64,000 bases of DNA from a virus: the IMG/VR virus record IMGVR_UViG_3300020159_001814, positions 1 to 64,000 of that record, one strand, 5' to 3'. Positions 15,052 to 24,937 of this stretch are shown piece by piece; the stretch's first letter is position 1; every line of letters starts with the position of its first letter. The notes beneath the pieces are model-generated. The model did not search any database. It had not been told where the DNA came from and worked only from the letters and a program-made list of their open reading frames with translations. The position numbers and the translations under genes were made by a program.

Positions 15052-16419
15052 TTAAGCAAATAAATGGAAGTTGTCGTCTGATTCCATTTTTTGTTTTAAT
15101 TCATCAGGAATCACTGAGTTTGGATTACTTCCTTTTAAATTAAGAACCGTTAATTTAGGTAGATTTGCCAAACAACCTGGTAAAGTTTTCAAACCTGGAT
15201 TATCAGGTAATGAAAGGAATTGTAATTTTTCAAGATTACATATTGATTTTGGTAAATCTCCAACACAACCAACTAAGTGTAGTGCTGTTAAGTTTTTAAA
15301 TTTACCGATAGAATCAGGGATGTTTAATGAAAGTTCAGCACCACCTTTTTTAGTGAACTCAAGTCTTTCAATGTTTTCAGGTAATGTATCGAAGAACTCA
15401 TCAAACCCATAAAGTGCAATAAATTTAGATGCCGAATCGCCAGGGTAGTTAACAGATACTTTTGTCCCACCTTTAGATGCTAATCCACCCATAAACTCAG
15501 GTTTAAAGTATTCTTTAAGTCCAGGTTCTTGTTGATTTAAGAATTCAACTAAGTCGATATTTCTATCGTCAGGTGTCATAAACTGATTAGACGGGAAATG
15601 GAATTGTATCCTGTAAGCCGGAAGTCCTGATTTTTGACCTATTTCATCACTACCTGTAAATTTACGAGGTGAGTTAGGAATAACAACATATAAAGGACCA
15701 TCTTTAATGTATCTGTCAAACCAAGTTAAACCAGGTGATGATGTACACCATCTTGTTTCGCCTTTTTGTGGCTCCAAATAGTATCCACCATAGAAACAAG
15801 CGGCGTCCTTACCTAATTGACCTTGATCTGAAATACGAGCCACAGTCCAATCAGAACCTCTATAAACTATGTCAGCCCCTGGGTGTTGGTATGTTTTTGA
15901 TGCTTCTTTCTTTTCATCTGCAGTTGCCTTAGTTTTTTCTAAACTGAAATCTTTTACTTGATCATAAAGTGTTTCAGGTGTTAACTTATTAATATCTCTA
16001 TATTCTTGAGGTAATCTATTTTTAAATCTTTCAAACTTCATTAAGTCACCTGTTACTTTGTACAAGTCTTCTAAAAATAATGCTTGATATTCTTTAATTG
16101 CTTGTTTAACCGCCGGACTATTAGGATCCGTAATACCACTACCTGAATAAATATTTGGTGTTGTAAAGTTTTTAAGTATCCATTGGGTGTATTTTCCAAT
16201 TTTAACTTTTTCCATATCTTCGGGTTTAGCATTTCCTGCATCCATTCCTTCAGGAACTCTTGATGTTGGGTCAGCTGCGATGATATCAAATAATATTTGA
16301 AAAGGCATCATACCCTTTCTGGTTTCTTTATTTGGTTTCACATATTTGTCAAAAAGGACTTGAAATCTTGAACTTTCAATAATCAAATCTCTTAGGATGT
16401 TTGTAAATCTAATAGCCAT
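15052..16419 (-). CDS. protein with central TRWCTS domain and C-terminal leucine-rich repeats
   Basis: IPDSIGKFKNLTALHL, LPKSICNLEKLQFLSL, LPGCLANLPKLTVLNL. Confidence 0.8.
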   Translation of the reverse strand: MAIRFTNILRDLIIESSRFQVLFDKYVKPNKETRKGMMPFQILFDIIAADPTSRVPEGMDAGNAKPEDMEKVKIGKYTQWILKNFTTPNIYSGSGITDPNSPAVKQAIKEYQALFLEDLYKVTGDLMKFERFKNRLPQEYRDINKLTPETLYDQVKDFSLEKTKATADEKKEASKTYQHPGADIVYRGSDWTVARISDQGQLGKDAACFYGGYYLEPQKGETRWCTSSPGLTWFDRYIKDGPLYVVIPNSPRKFTGSDEIGQKSGLPAYRIQFHFPSNQFMTPDDRNIDLVEFLNQQEPGLKEYFKPEFMGGLASKGGTKVSVNYPGDSASKFIALYGFDEFFDTLPENIERLEFTKKGGAELSLNIPDSIGKFKNLTALHLVGCVGDLPKSICNLEKLQFLSLPDNPGLKTLPGCLANLPKLTVLNLKGSNPNSVIPDELKQKMESDDNFHLFA

Positions 16420-16466
16420 TTTAAAATTGTTTTATTAATAAATATCACAAATATAAGAAAAATGTT

Positions 16467-17306
16467 TTAATAATTCATAATCAACAATTCTTCACCCATA
16501 TTTTGTTTTGTTCCCTTCTTTGCTGCGGCAGCTTTTGCAAATTCTTTTTTAACCCACGTATACTGTTCTTCAGGAAACCATTCATGAAGTAATTCAAAAT
16601 CATAATAAGATAAACTAAACTTACCTTTAACTTCTTTTAATGTATTTGCAAGTCTTTCGTGGTCTTGTCTATCAAAATCGTGATTGGAGTAATAGTTTTC
16701 TGTTTTCCAATATGGTGGATCTAAATAGATATATGTTGTTGGTGAGTCGTACTTTTTAATAACATCGGCAAAATCCATATTTTCAACTTCAGTTATTTTT
16801 AAAAAGTGTTCAATCCAATCCGGTTTAGATAACTTATCTCTAAATGTAAGATATTTTGATTTATATTTACCCTTCAAGTCAATAAACGAACTTGTTTCAG
16901 GTTTAGACCCACTAAATACTTGTGTTAGTACGTAAACGTATTTAGCCGCCACTTCATAATCGCCAGGTTCTACGCTGAAACCCTCATTAAAAATTTCAGC
17001 CTGAAACCTTACAAACTGTTCTTTGTATATTGGTGGTGTCGGTTCCTCACCAAACTTCTGACAATCAATCGCGTTAATTGCCTTCAATAATTCACTTGGG
17101 TTTTGTACACACTTAAATAGATTATAATTTAGTGGATTAAAGTCGTTGTAAACAACTTTCTTTAGGTTAGGGAACTCTTTTAAGTCCATATTAAAGAAAC
17201 ACCAAAACATCCCACCAAATGTTTCAACATATGTTTCCATATCTTTATCGTAGAAAGGGACTATCCACTTTCCGATTTTACTTTTACCACCAATATAACT
17301 TAACAT
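16467..17306 (-). CDS. Dam-like (D12 class) DNA adenine methyltransferase
   Basis: YIGGKS, YVETFGG, YLDPPY, ELLIMNY. Confidence 0.9.
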   Translation of the reverse strand: MLSYIGGKSKIGKWIVPFYDKDMETYVETFGGMFWCFFNMDLKEFPNLKKVVYNDFNPLNYNLFKCVQNPSELLKAINAIDCQKFGEEPTPPIYKEQFVRFQAEIFNEGFSVEPGDYEVAAKYVYVLTQVFSGSKPETSSFIDLKGKYKSKYLTFRDKLSKPDWIEHFLKITEVENMDFADVIKKYDSPTTYIYLDPPYWKTENYYSNHDFDRQDHERLANTLKEVKGKFSLSYYDFELLHEWFPEEQYTWVKKEFAKAAAAKKGTKQNMGEELLIMNY

Positions 17307-17364
17307 AACAAAATATAGTATTTTAAATATTTATTTTCAAATAGAAGTTTATTAAAATATAACC

Positions 17365-17520
17365 ATGGAAGAAAAAAAAGCAACACAAGTAACAGGATGT
17401 AACACATGTAAAGGTGTTAGTAAAAAACAATATAGTATGATTGTTTTAGGATTTTATATTTTAGGTACTTCAGTTTATGGAACTGTAGAATTAATAAAAT
17501 ATATCGCTACTTTGTTTTAA
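17365..17520 (+). CDS. 51-aa CxxC membrane peptide ([17 protein letters not shown]...)
   Basis: Manual translation; one TM helix. Confidence 0.55.
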   Translation: MEEKKATQVTGCNTCKGVSKKQYSMIVLGFYILGTSVYGTVELIKYIATLF

Positions 17521-18540
17521 AACATCTTTTATTTTATTTTTCAACACGGGATCTAAGTTACTAGTCTTATCTACAATTATTTTAACGTAGAAGTTACCAA
17601 CCCCCCTATCTGTCTTATAGCCTTTATTTAGTATTCTTAAAGGTTTGTTTGTATCTAATTTTTCAGGTACCGTTAAAACTAAATCACCATCAGGGTGTTT
17701 AACTTCAAACTTATCCTCCAATAAAAGTTCCAAAGGTGAAACTTTTTTACTGTAAATTAAATCAAAACCAATTTTTTCATAATTATCAGCAGGGTTACAC
17801 ACAACTTTTAATATCAAATCACCGTGTCCTATTTTATGGTAATAATCACCTTTATTTTTTAGTTTTAAAAAGTCACCATTATCAACATTGGCAGGTATTT
17901 TAACATTAATTTTTATATCTTCTAATTTTGTACCAGACCCATCACATACTTTACAAGGATTAACAATAACACTTCCATTACCTTTACAATTACCACAGGT
18001 TGTTTGAAAATGTTGTTTGAACATACCAGTACCAACCACTTGTGTTATTACACCACGGCCATTACAAGTATTACAAGTACCTCTTTTACCACCATCACCA
18101 TTACATCCACCACACATATTATGGTTTGTAACATATAATTCTTTATCTACACCAAAATACGATTCGATAGGGGTTATATGAAGGTCATATGTTTTATCAG
18201 GAGCCTTTGGTCTTCTTATTCCATTCATCATTTCTTCAAACACACTATGAACATCAAATCCACCATTAAAAGATCCAAAAGGGTTTTTTCTTTGGTTGTC
18301 GTAATTATTCTTTTTCCCGTCATCACCTAAAATATCGTAAGCTTCTGAAATGTCTTTAAATTTTTCTTCACCATCAGGGTTTACATCTGGGTGATATTGT
18401 TTACTTAATTTTCTATATGCTTTTTTTATGTCTTCTTGGGATGCATTTTCATTAACGCCTAATATATCGTAATAATTCTTCATGGATAATAAATTTTTAA
18501 TAATCTTATTTAAGAATAAGAAAAAACGTAAAATAATCAA
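17491..18540 (-). CDS. dnaJ: molecular chaperone DnaJ (true start ~18483, MKNYYDILG)
   Basis: J domain with HPD, four CxxCxGxG repeats, C-terminal domain. Confidence 0.95.
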   Translation of the reverse strand: MIILRFFLFLNKIIKNLLSMKNYYDILGVNENASQEDIKKAYRKLSKQYHPDVNPDGEEKFKDISEAYDILGDDGKKNNYDNQRKNPFGSFNGGFDVHSVFEEMMNGIRRPKAPDKTYDLHITPIESYFGVDKELYVTNHNMCGGCNGDGGKRGTCNTCNGRGVITQVVGTGMFKQHFQTTCGNCKGNGSVIVNPCKVCDGSGTKLEDIKINVKIPANVDNGDFLKLKNKGDYYHKIGHGDLILKVVCNPADNYEKIGFDLIYSKKVSPLELLLEDKFEVKHPDGDLVLTVPEKLDTNKPLRILNKGYKTDRGVGNFYVKIIVDKTSNLDPVLKNKIKDVLKQSSDIFY

Positions 18541-19126
18541 ACGTTATTCAACAGAATCTATCGCTAAAAGTAAATTTAAAGAATTACTATCTACCAATGA
18601 AAAAATATTATTTGATAAGGAAGTTGAAAATGCAACTCCGTGTAATTACGAATTAGCTCTATTAACTAACACAACTAACATACAAAAAAGTCTTTTTATA
18701 ACCGATGAATTAGGTAGAAATAACCCGGTAAATTTAGAAAACCCTGATTACGTTTTTTTAGATATTAAAAGATATAAAATAGAAGAAACTATATTTGACT
18801 GGCAACAACAAAAAAAAATAACAATAGACCAACTACTTAAAAAATATTGTAAGATTAACCAATTAAAAAGTGTATTCACCCTACATAACAAATTATGTAT
18901 TCAAGTTGATTTGGACGTTTCTATTTTTTCACTAAAAGATAGTCTTGAATCTGAAAGGTTAATAGAAGTTTTACAAAAATATTTTATGGAAAATAATAGA
19001 ATGGATGCCATTTTTGTGAAGGACGTGTCGTCAGCACAAAGAAAATGGATATATAACTTATTAGAAGAAAAAGGTTTTGATAAAAAAAGATTATATAGGT
19101 TAAAAACTACTTTTTCAAAAAGGTAA
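18482..19126 (+). CDS. hypothetical protein
   Basis: ORF track, 214 aa, divergent from dnaJ. Confidence 0.7.
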   Translation: MDNKFLIILFKNKKKRKIIKRYSTESIAKSKFKELLSTNEKILFDKEVENATPCNYELALLTNTTNIQKSLFITDELGRNNPVNLENPDYVFLDIKRYKIEETIFDWQQQKKITIDQLLKKYCKINQLKSVFTLHNKLCIQVDLDVSIFSLKDSLESERLIEVLQKYFMENNRMDAIFVKDVSSAQRKWIYNLLEEKGFDKKRLYRLKTTFSKR

Positions 19127-19328
19127 AATTAATGGATCCAATAGATATGACACAGTTAGTACTATTAGGTTGATTATTTAAATTTAACATTAGATTGTTA
19201 AATGTTTGTTCGTTAAGTTTAACTTTAATTTCAACTTCCCCTTCACTAATAAAAGTATTTTCAAGTAATTCTACAGATTCAGCTAATTTTGCTAATTGAT
19301 CCCTAAAGTTTTCAATATTCTTTGCCAT
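19107..19328 (-). CDS. hypothetical protein
   Basis: ORF track. Confidence 0.6.
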   Translation of the reverse strand: MAKNIENFRDQLAKLAESVELLENTFISEGEVEIKVKLNEQTFNNLMLNLNNQPNSTNCVISIGSINFTFLKK

Positions 19329-19504
19329 ATCGTATATTTTACCTCAACCACAGGTGTATTTTTTATGTCTTTTTGGGTAAATTTTTTTATATCTTTAGAA
19401 ATTTGTTTTTTGTAAATTTCATTAGATACTTCGCTTATTTTAAGCTCATCTTCCAACATATTAAGCTGTTTTTGAAGATCCGCTATCGATTTCTGTTGTT
19501 TCAT
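19292..19504 (-). CDS. hypothetical protein
   Basis: ORF track. Confidence 0.6.
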   Translation of the reverse strand: MKQQKSIADLQKQLNMLEDELKISEVSNEIYKKQISKDIKKFTQKDIKNTPVVEVKYTIWQRILKTLGIN

Positions 19505-19886
19505 TTTCTAAAAGTTTTGTAAGTTCTTCCATGTCAAATTTTAAACCTTTAAGGTTTTCCAATTTTTCTTTTTCAAAAATGTTTTTTAATTCTTGTACTT
19601 TAGATTTGAATAATCTTTCTTTTTCCTCCCTTTCGATGTTTGTCTTAATAACAGAATCCATCGTATTTTCTAATATATCTATAAATTCTTTTTTATTTTC
19701 ACATACAAATGAAGTTACCATTTGACCGTCTTGAGACTCGTTTTGTAATATCTCCAACCCGTTAGGTGATTTTTTAAGTGTAACCCAACTTGACGGGAAA
19801 ACCATATCAAAACTAATATAGTTTTTAAGTATCCTAACCGATTTAAGGTACTTTGTAGTTTTGTCTATAAATTGACTAAAGATCAT
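19461..19886 (-). CDS. hypothetical protein
   Basis: ORF track. Confidence 0.7.
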   Translation of the reverse strand: MIFSQFIDKTTKYLKSVRILKNYISFDMVFPSSWVTLKKSPNGLEILQNESQDGQMVTSFVCENKKEFIDILENTMDSVIKTNIEREEKERLFKSKVQELKNIFEKEKLENLKGLKFDMEELTKLLENETTEIDSGSSKTA

Positions 19887-19887
19887 A

Positions 19888-20076
19888 TTAAAAATGTATT
19901 AAATATGTTATTATATATGATAAAAAAATACCGTATATCGCCACTTCGTGAACCATTAATTCAAACGGTTTTGGTGGTGTTGACAATAATGCCCTTAAAA
20001 AATTAAATACTAATCTTATAAGGGCCATTATTGAAAATAAAAAAAGAAATGTTAAAACTGGTATAATAAATGACAT
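19888..20076 (-). CDS. small two-TM membrane protein
   Basis: Two hydrophobic segments. Confidence 0.65.
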   Translation of the reverse strand: MSFIIPVLTFLFLFSIMALIRLVFNFLRALLSTPPKPFELMVHEVAIYGIFLSYIITYLIHF

Positions 20077-20077
20077 T

Positions 20078-20254
20078 TTATTTTTCTTCTTTTGTGTGAT
20101 TTAAAATCTCAGTTCTTAATGTTTGCATAAGTGCTTTAACTTCTTGAGCTGTTTTTCTTGCTCTAGTACCTGCAGACTTATTCCCACTGTAAAATTTAGT
20201 AGTATCCAAAGATAACGTTTCTACTAATGTTTTAATTTGTTCTAATGTTTCCAT
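20078..20254 (-). CDS. histone H1-like (Hc1-family) small DNA-binding protein, 58 aa
   Basis: Manual translation METLEQIKTLVETLSLDTTKFYSGNKSAGTRARKTAQEVK...; GNKxAGTRARK signature. Confidence 0.8.
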   Translation of the reverse strand: METLEQIKTLVETLSLDTTKFYSGNKSAGTRARKTAQEVKALMQTLRTEILNHTKEEK

Positions 20255-20315
20255 TTTTTAAAAAATTAAGTTTATTTTTATTAATATTATTATTTAATAT
20301 TTTATTGTAAATAAT

Positions 20316-20804
20316 TTAAATAACATTTAAAGACCTTTCTAAAACTTTATATATGTCTGTAAAAATTTCAATATCTGATTTTGTTTTTTTATATTTTCGA
20401 TCAAAAAGTGTTTCAAAAAATATATCAATACCATCTTTTAAATTTTTATCCGAATGGTTATAAAATATATCAAAAAAGAATTCCTTAAAAAAAACACTGT
20501 CAGATTCATTAAAAATAAAATCAATATTTTCCTTATTAAAGTTATCTATTGTTTTTTTCCAACACCATTCAAAATGATTGTTTTTTTGCTCTACAGTCAT
20601 TCCTACTTTTGTTTCATTATTTTCAGAAAAATCATCACCAAGATAAGTTTCTTTTAAAAGACTTAAAAAAGAAAGACAAAAATCCCTAAAAAGTTCAGTA
20701 AGTTCCGGTATTATATTATTGGCCAAATACCAAGCATTGATATCTTCTTGATTCATTGGTTTTGCTAACCAATCAAAAAAACGACCCATGTTATTATCAT
20801 TCAT
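20316..20804 (-). CDS. hypothetical protein
   Basis: ORF track. Confidence 0.7.
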   Translation of the reverse strand: MNDNNMGRFFDWLAKPMNQEDINAWYLANNIIPELTELFRDFCLSFLSLLKETYLGDDFSENNETKVGMTVEQKNNHFEWCWKKTIDNFNKENIDFIFNESDSVFFKEFFFDIFYNHSDKNLKDGIDIFFETLFDRKYKKTKSDIEIFTDIYKVLERSLNVI

Positions 20805-20828
20805 AATAGTATAATAATAACATGGGTC
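20775..20828 (-). terminator. 15-bp hairpin with T7 tail overlapping the next gene's start
   Basis: GACCCATGTTATTAT / ATAATAACATGGGTC then GTTTTTTT. Confidence 0.55.
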
Positions 20829-20849
20829 ATCCCAAAACGAAAGTGTTTT

Positions 20850-22238
20850 TTATTGTGTTTTTTGAGTATAACCTATTAAATTTTTCATTTTTTCTATTTC
20901 GGTTATAACTTTTTTATCTTCTACAGATTCTAATTTCATTAAAATCTTCGATGCTTTATCGGCATTTTCACCGGCTTCATCATTTACTGGTTGTGGTGCT
21001 TTGTTGTAAGCCTTTTTCTTGATTTGACCTAATAAGTTGTCTTTTCTTATTTTATTTCTTCTTTCACCAACTTCAGTTTCTACTGCGTTTGCCCACTCAG
21101 GGTTATTTCCTGTTCTAGATGAACCAACTAAATTATCTTCAACCCATTTTTCATTAGGTTTTATATCATCATAATCAATATTTTCTAAAGCCGCTGCTGT
21201 GAAATTTTCAACATATTCTTCAACCGCAGAAGACGGTATATACGCCTTCTTACCCATTTTACCAAGCTCACCATTACCTTTAGGAAAATGTTTAGGGTTC
21301 ATTTCATATTCACCTTTAGAAGCGTCCTTAAGATAATTTTTCATTTTTTTAACAACACTATCAACATATTTATCATTTTCTGATTTTGATTTTGATTGTG
21401 CCGATTTAGTTGTTGATTTAGCGGATTCTGATTTTTTTGTTTTTTTACTTTTTTCTTCTAAAACAATATTTTGTATAATATCTACCATATCGTTTTCTGT
21501 AAAAATGAATTTTTCGCCAGTAGACTCATCAAGATGTAATTCATACATTTCATCTTCTTTAGTTTCTTTCTTTTTACCATTAAGTTTAACACCTCTACCC
21601 ATTAAAACATCTTTTCTTGTTACTTTTCCATCACCACTTAAATCAGGAAACTTCTTACCTTCTTTTGTTTCTGTTTTTTTACCTTTTCTAAGTAGTTTAA
21701 AATCTTCAGAGTCTATTTTATTATTTTTGTTTCTATCAATTCTTTTTTGGTTACCTTTTAACCCTTCACCAATTTCAGCATCCCCGCGGTTTCTACCAAA
21801 ATTACGTTTCATTAGGTTCATTCTCTTTTCCGCAAATCCTGGTTTTGTTGGGAAATCTTCATCTTTATCTTCGTCACCTCTAAGAAGTTTCTCAATTTCG
21901 TCATTAGACATTTTTTTAGGGAATCTTTTTTTACCGAATTTTGGGTGTCCGTCATCCATACCACCTAATTCTTGGATTTCAGTTTCGTACATATTTCCAC
22001 ATTCCATACATTCGCCTTCCATCATTTTTCCACCACATTCAGAACACATTTGTCCTTCCATCATTGGTGATGAACCGCATTCCATACATTCGCCTTCGTA
22101 CATCTTACCACCACATTCAGAACATTCTTGTTTTTTCATGTTTTTGTTTTCAAAAATTTTATTTTTTAAATTATTAACTTTACCTGAAATTTCTTCAGAT
22201 AAAACTTTGTTCACTATTCTAAATATTTCTTTGTTCAT
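20850..22238 (-). CDS. protein with repeated CxxCG knuckles and EF-hand/dockerin-like loops
   Basis: CSECGGKMxEGECMECG twice; DRNKNNKIDSED, DLSGDGKVTRKD. Confidence 0.8.
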   Translation of the reverse strand: MNKEIFRIVNKVLSEEISGKVNNLKNKIFENKNMKKQECSECGGKMYEGECMECGSSPMMEGQMCSECGGKMMEGECMECGNMYETEIQELGGMDDGHPKFGKKRFPKKMSNDEIEKLLRGDEDKDEDFPTKPGFAEKRMNLMKRNFGRNRGDAEIGEGLKGNQKRIDRNKNNKIDSEDFKLLRKGKKTETKEGKKFPDLSGDGKVTRKDVLMGRGVKLNGKKKETKEDEMYELHLDESTGEKFIFTENDMVDIIQNIVLEEKSKKTKKSESAKSTTKSAQSKSKSENDKYVDSVVKKMKNYLKDASKGEYEMNPKHFPKGNGELGKMGKKAYIPSSAVEEYVENFTAAALENIDYDDIKPNEKWVEDNLVGSSRTGNNPEWANAVETEVGERRNKIRKDNLLGQIKKKAYNKAPQPVNDEAGENADKASKILMKLESVEDKKVITEIEKMKNLIGYTQKTQ

Positions 22239-22259
22239 ACTGTATAAATATCAAGTTAT

Positions 22260-22760
22260 TTATAAATTATCATCTATCTTGGATAATATGATATTTTTTA
22301 TTTCATTAACACTAAGTCCTGTCTTTAAGGAAACGTTTAATATTGCTTCATTCAGTGGTGATAGATTTCTATTTTCTTTCTGTAATGACTTTTTGTATTT
22401 GACCGCCCCTGTATTTCCTTGGTTACAATAAGGAAAGGTTTTACATTTTTCTTTTACTTCAACAAAAGAACCACCAGGTATTTGTGATTTTTTCCAAGAT
22501 CTTCCCTTACCTTTAGTTGTGCTTCCCTTCATACTTATATCTTCAAAACTATTAGCGTCGTATGCACCCATAGATGAAGAATCAGTTGCTTCAGTGAATT
22601 CACCTTCCATTCTTTTGTATTCTGACTTAGCTTCTTCATCCTCAGACCACATTGAAAATGCGGGTGCCGAAATGCCGTTTCCAGCGGAAGCCGCTCCTGT
22701 TGCTTCGGTAGCTTCTTTAAACGCTTCACTAATGTACTTATGTAATAATTCCTTATCCAT
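22260..22760 (-). CDS. hypothetical protein (CKTFPYCNQG motif)
   Basis: ORF track. Confidence 0.75.
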   Translation of the reverse strand: MDKELLHKYISEAFKEATEATGAASAGNGISAPAFSMWSEDEEAKSEYKRMEGEFTEATDSSSMGAYDANSFEDISMKGSTTKGKGRSWKKSQIPGGSFVEVKEKCKTFPYCNQGNTGAVKYKKSLQKENRNLSPLNEAILNVSLKTGLSVNEIKNIILSKIDDNL

Positions 22761-22763
22761 TTA

Positions 22764-23015
22764 CTAATTTTTTAAACTTTTTAGTCTACCTTCCCAATGG
22801 GTCCTTCCTGTCCAAAGCATGTAATAAAATTCATGAAATAATTTAACTATAACATCGTTAATATCACCCCTAAGATTACCTTTCTTAATTTCGTTTCTTA
22901 GTTTATCAATTATGATTTTTTCAAATTTTTCGGTAGTTGTAGCCCCTAAGAAATCTTTTATTTCTTTTCTAACTATCCCTTCAATTTCTTTCTTATCTGC
23001 AGAAGTTAACGACAT
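22764..23015 (-). CDS. hypothetical protein
   Basis: ORF track. Confidence 0.7.
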   Translation of the reverse strand: MSLTSADKKEIEGIVRKEIKDFLGATTTEKFEKIIIDKLRNEIKKGNLRGDINDVIVKLFHEFYYMLWTGRTHWEGRLKSLKN

Positions 23016-23431
23016 TATTTAAATACTAAAATATAGGTTAATGCTCCAACAATGGTGCCGGATACTATTTCAATAATAGTATTTTTAGTTTTAGTTTTTT
23101 TAATATCTTCTCTTAGGTTTGTATTGTCTTCTTCAACTAACTTAATCTTTTCTTCTGAGTCTCTAATAATAATTTGGTTGCTGCTATCTTTTTGTTCCAA
23201 AAATTTAATAACCCCCTCTTCTTTGGTTACTTTATTTTCAAGTTCTTGTATCTGTTTACTGTCCAATAACGATTGTTTTTTTAACTTATCTAATTCGTTC
23301 AAATCTAATAATATCTGTTTTCCTACGTTAACGGGAAAACAAATTGTTGTTGTGTCTTCTTTTTGTGGTTTTGTTTGTCCAAACCCAACAAATGAAAACA
23401 ATAAGAATGTTATTAAAATAATTTTTTTCAT
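23015..23431 (-). CDS. signal-peptide coiled-coil protein with C-terminal hydrophobic anchor (spanin-like?)
   Basis: MKKIILITFLLFSFVGFGQ signal peptide; coiled coil. Confidence 0.6.
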   Translation of the reverse strand: MKKIILITFLLFSFVGFGQTKPQKEDTTTICFPVNVGKQILLDLNELDKLKKQSLLDSKQIQELENKVTKEEGVIKFLEQKDSSNQIIIRDSEEKIKLVEEDNTNLREDIKKTKTKNTIIEIVSGTIVGALTYILVFK

Positions 23432-23433
23432 AA

Positions 23434-23784
23434 TTAATACTTATATCTTTGTTTAAACGAACTATCAATTTCTTTTTTTGACATACCTTCTATTTTTTCT
23501 TTCTTTTGTTCGTAAAAATTATTAATGGTTGTCTTTTCTGATTTTATTTTTGATATGTTCTCGTCAATTTTATCTATATCTTTTTTATATGAGGATATGG
23601 AGTCATTTAATTGTAGTTGTAATTGTTTCATTTTATTAATGTTCTGATCCAACTGTTCTAACTTATACTTTAATAATTCTGATTTATCAGGTGCTGGTGT
23701 TAATATTTTTACCAAAATAAATATAACAACACCAATTGTTAACACTAGTAATATCTCTTTATAATATTTTTTAATTAAATTCAT
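23434..23784 (-). CDS. N-terminal TM plus coiled-coil protein (i-spanin-like?)
   Basis: One TM then heptad repeats. Confidence 0.6.
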   Translation of the reverse strand: MNLIKKYYKEILLVLTIGVVIFILVKILTPAPDKSELLKYKLEQLDQNINKMKQLQLQLNDSISSYKKDIDKIDENISKIKSEKTTINNFYEQKKEKIEGMSKKEIDSSFKQRYKY

Positions 23785-23793
23785 TTTATATCA

Positions 23794-24354
23794 TTATATT
23801 TTTTTAGTCTTTCTTCTTGCCGATAGGACTTTAGCCCATTTTGCTTTAAATTTTTGGTAATATGATGTTAATTTTGTTACCAATTCCGTTAGTTTTTCAT
23901 CCAACTTTATCATATCCCCATTAATATATACACCATTGTTTTCCCCTATTGAAAAGAAAAATTCTAAATCAAAATCAATAACTTTACCGCTCCATTGTAC
24001 TTCATTAGGGTACATATTTAACACACCAAAATCAGATAAATCGGATACTTCTTCAACAAATTCATCCATTGTTTCTTGAAACGCCGTTTTTTCTTCTGTT
24101 GTTAATTCTAATTCTTTTTTTTCTTTAGAATGGATGGTTAAAAGTCCACCAGAAATTCTATATGATTTACTTTTATCTTGTTTTACCATTTCAGAGTCTG
24201 TTTGACCATCACCACTTGTTTCGTATTCTTTATCGTCTTTTGATATTTCGTTTTCAATACTTTTTGCGATGTTTACTCCTTCAGGCTGTTCCATTAACAT
24301 TCTAGACCTTTTTAAAAGTCTTTTTATTTCATCATATTCATTAATCATTTCCAA
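23794..24354 (-). CDS. hypothetical protein
   Basis: ORF track. Confidence 0.75.
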   Translation of the reverse strand: MEMINEYDEIKRLLKRSRMLMEQPEGVNIAKSIENEISKDDKEYETSGDGQTDSEMVKQDKSKSYRISGGLLTIHSKEKKELELTTEEKTAFQETMDEFVEEVSDLSDFGVLNMYPNEVQWSGKVIDFDLEFFFSIGENNGVYINGDMIKLDEKLTELVTKLTSYYQKFKAKWAKVLSARRKTKKI

Positions 24355-24937
24355 TTAGTTTTTTTAATAGTTTAAAATCAAAAGCCGGATTTACGTCTTT
24401 ATGTGTTATATCAAAATTACTTTTAGATACCACACCGTTAAAGTTTTTAACATTATCCCACTTAACATTTGTCCCCAAACATTCTTTATTAATGTTGAAA
24501 TTATCACAAAGGGTTAATATTAACTTAGACAAGCTTTCTATTTGTTTATCTGTGTAAATGTCCCAATATGATTGATCCCTCCATTTTTTTTCAAATACTT
24601 CTCTTTTATAAATATCCCCTAACCATGTTACATACGTATCTTCTATAGGATTTTTTTTAAACCATCCTAAATTCTCTAAAGATATTGTTATTGCGTTTTT
24701 ATCTATATCGATATCTTCCATATATAAAGAGTAACGACTTGGGTCCATTATGGTGTAAATGTCACCACTTTTTGTAATCACATAATTTGGTAAGTATGGG
24801 TTTTTTTTATTATAACGGTACCTTAAAGAATTAATATAATCTTTATAAGACCTTTTAGTGTCTGTCAGGATTATTTGTTTTTTATCTTTGTTTTCACCGA
24901 AATACTTAAAATCTGTCAATTCGTAGTGATCCACCAT
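24341..24937 (-). CDS. Amidase_2-fold protein, zinc ligands apparently degenerate
   Basis: QIILTDT, NYVITKSGDI, AITISLEN, YTDKQIESL, HKDVNP pattern. Confidence 0.6.
   Translation of the reverse strand: MVDHYELTDFKYFGENKDKKQIILTDTKRSYKDYINSLRYRYNKKNPYLPNYVITKSGDIYTIMDPSRYSLYMEDIDIDKNAITISLENLGWFKKNPIEDTYVTWLGDIYKREVFEKKWRDQSYWDIYTDKQIESLSKLILTLCDNFNINKECLGTNVKWDNVKNFNGVVSKSNFDITHKDVNPAFDFKLLKKLIGND

Noticed and set aside
21505-22431. 308-aa plus-strand ORF
   Set aside because: Antisense to two well-formed genes; Ser/Phe/Leu-rich mirror composition
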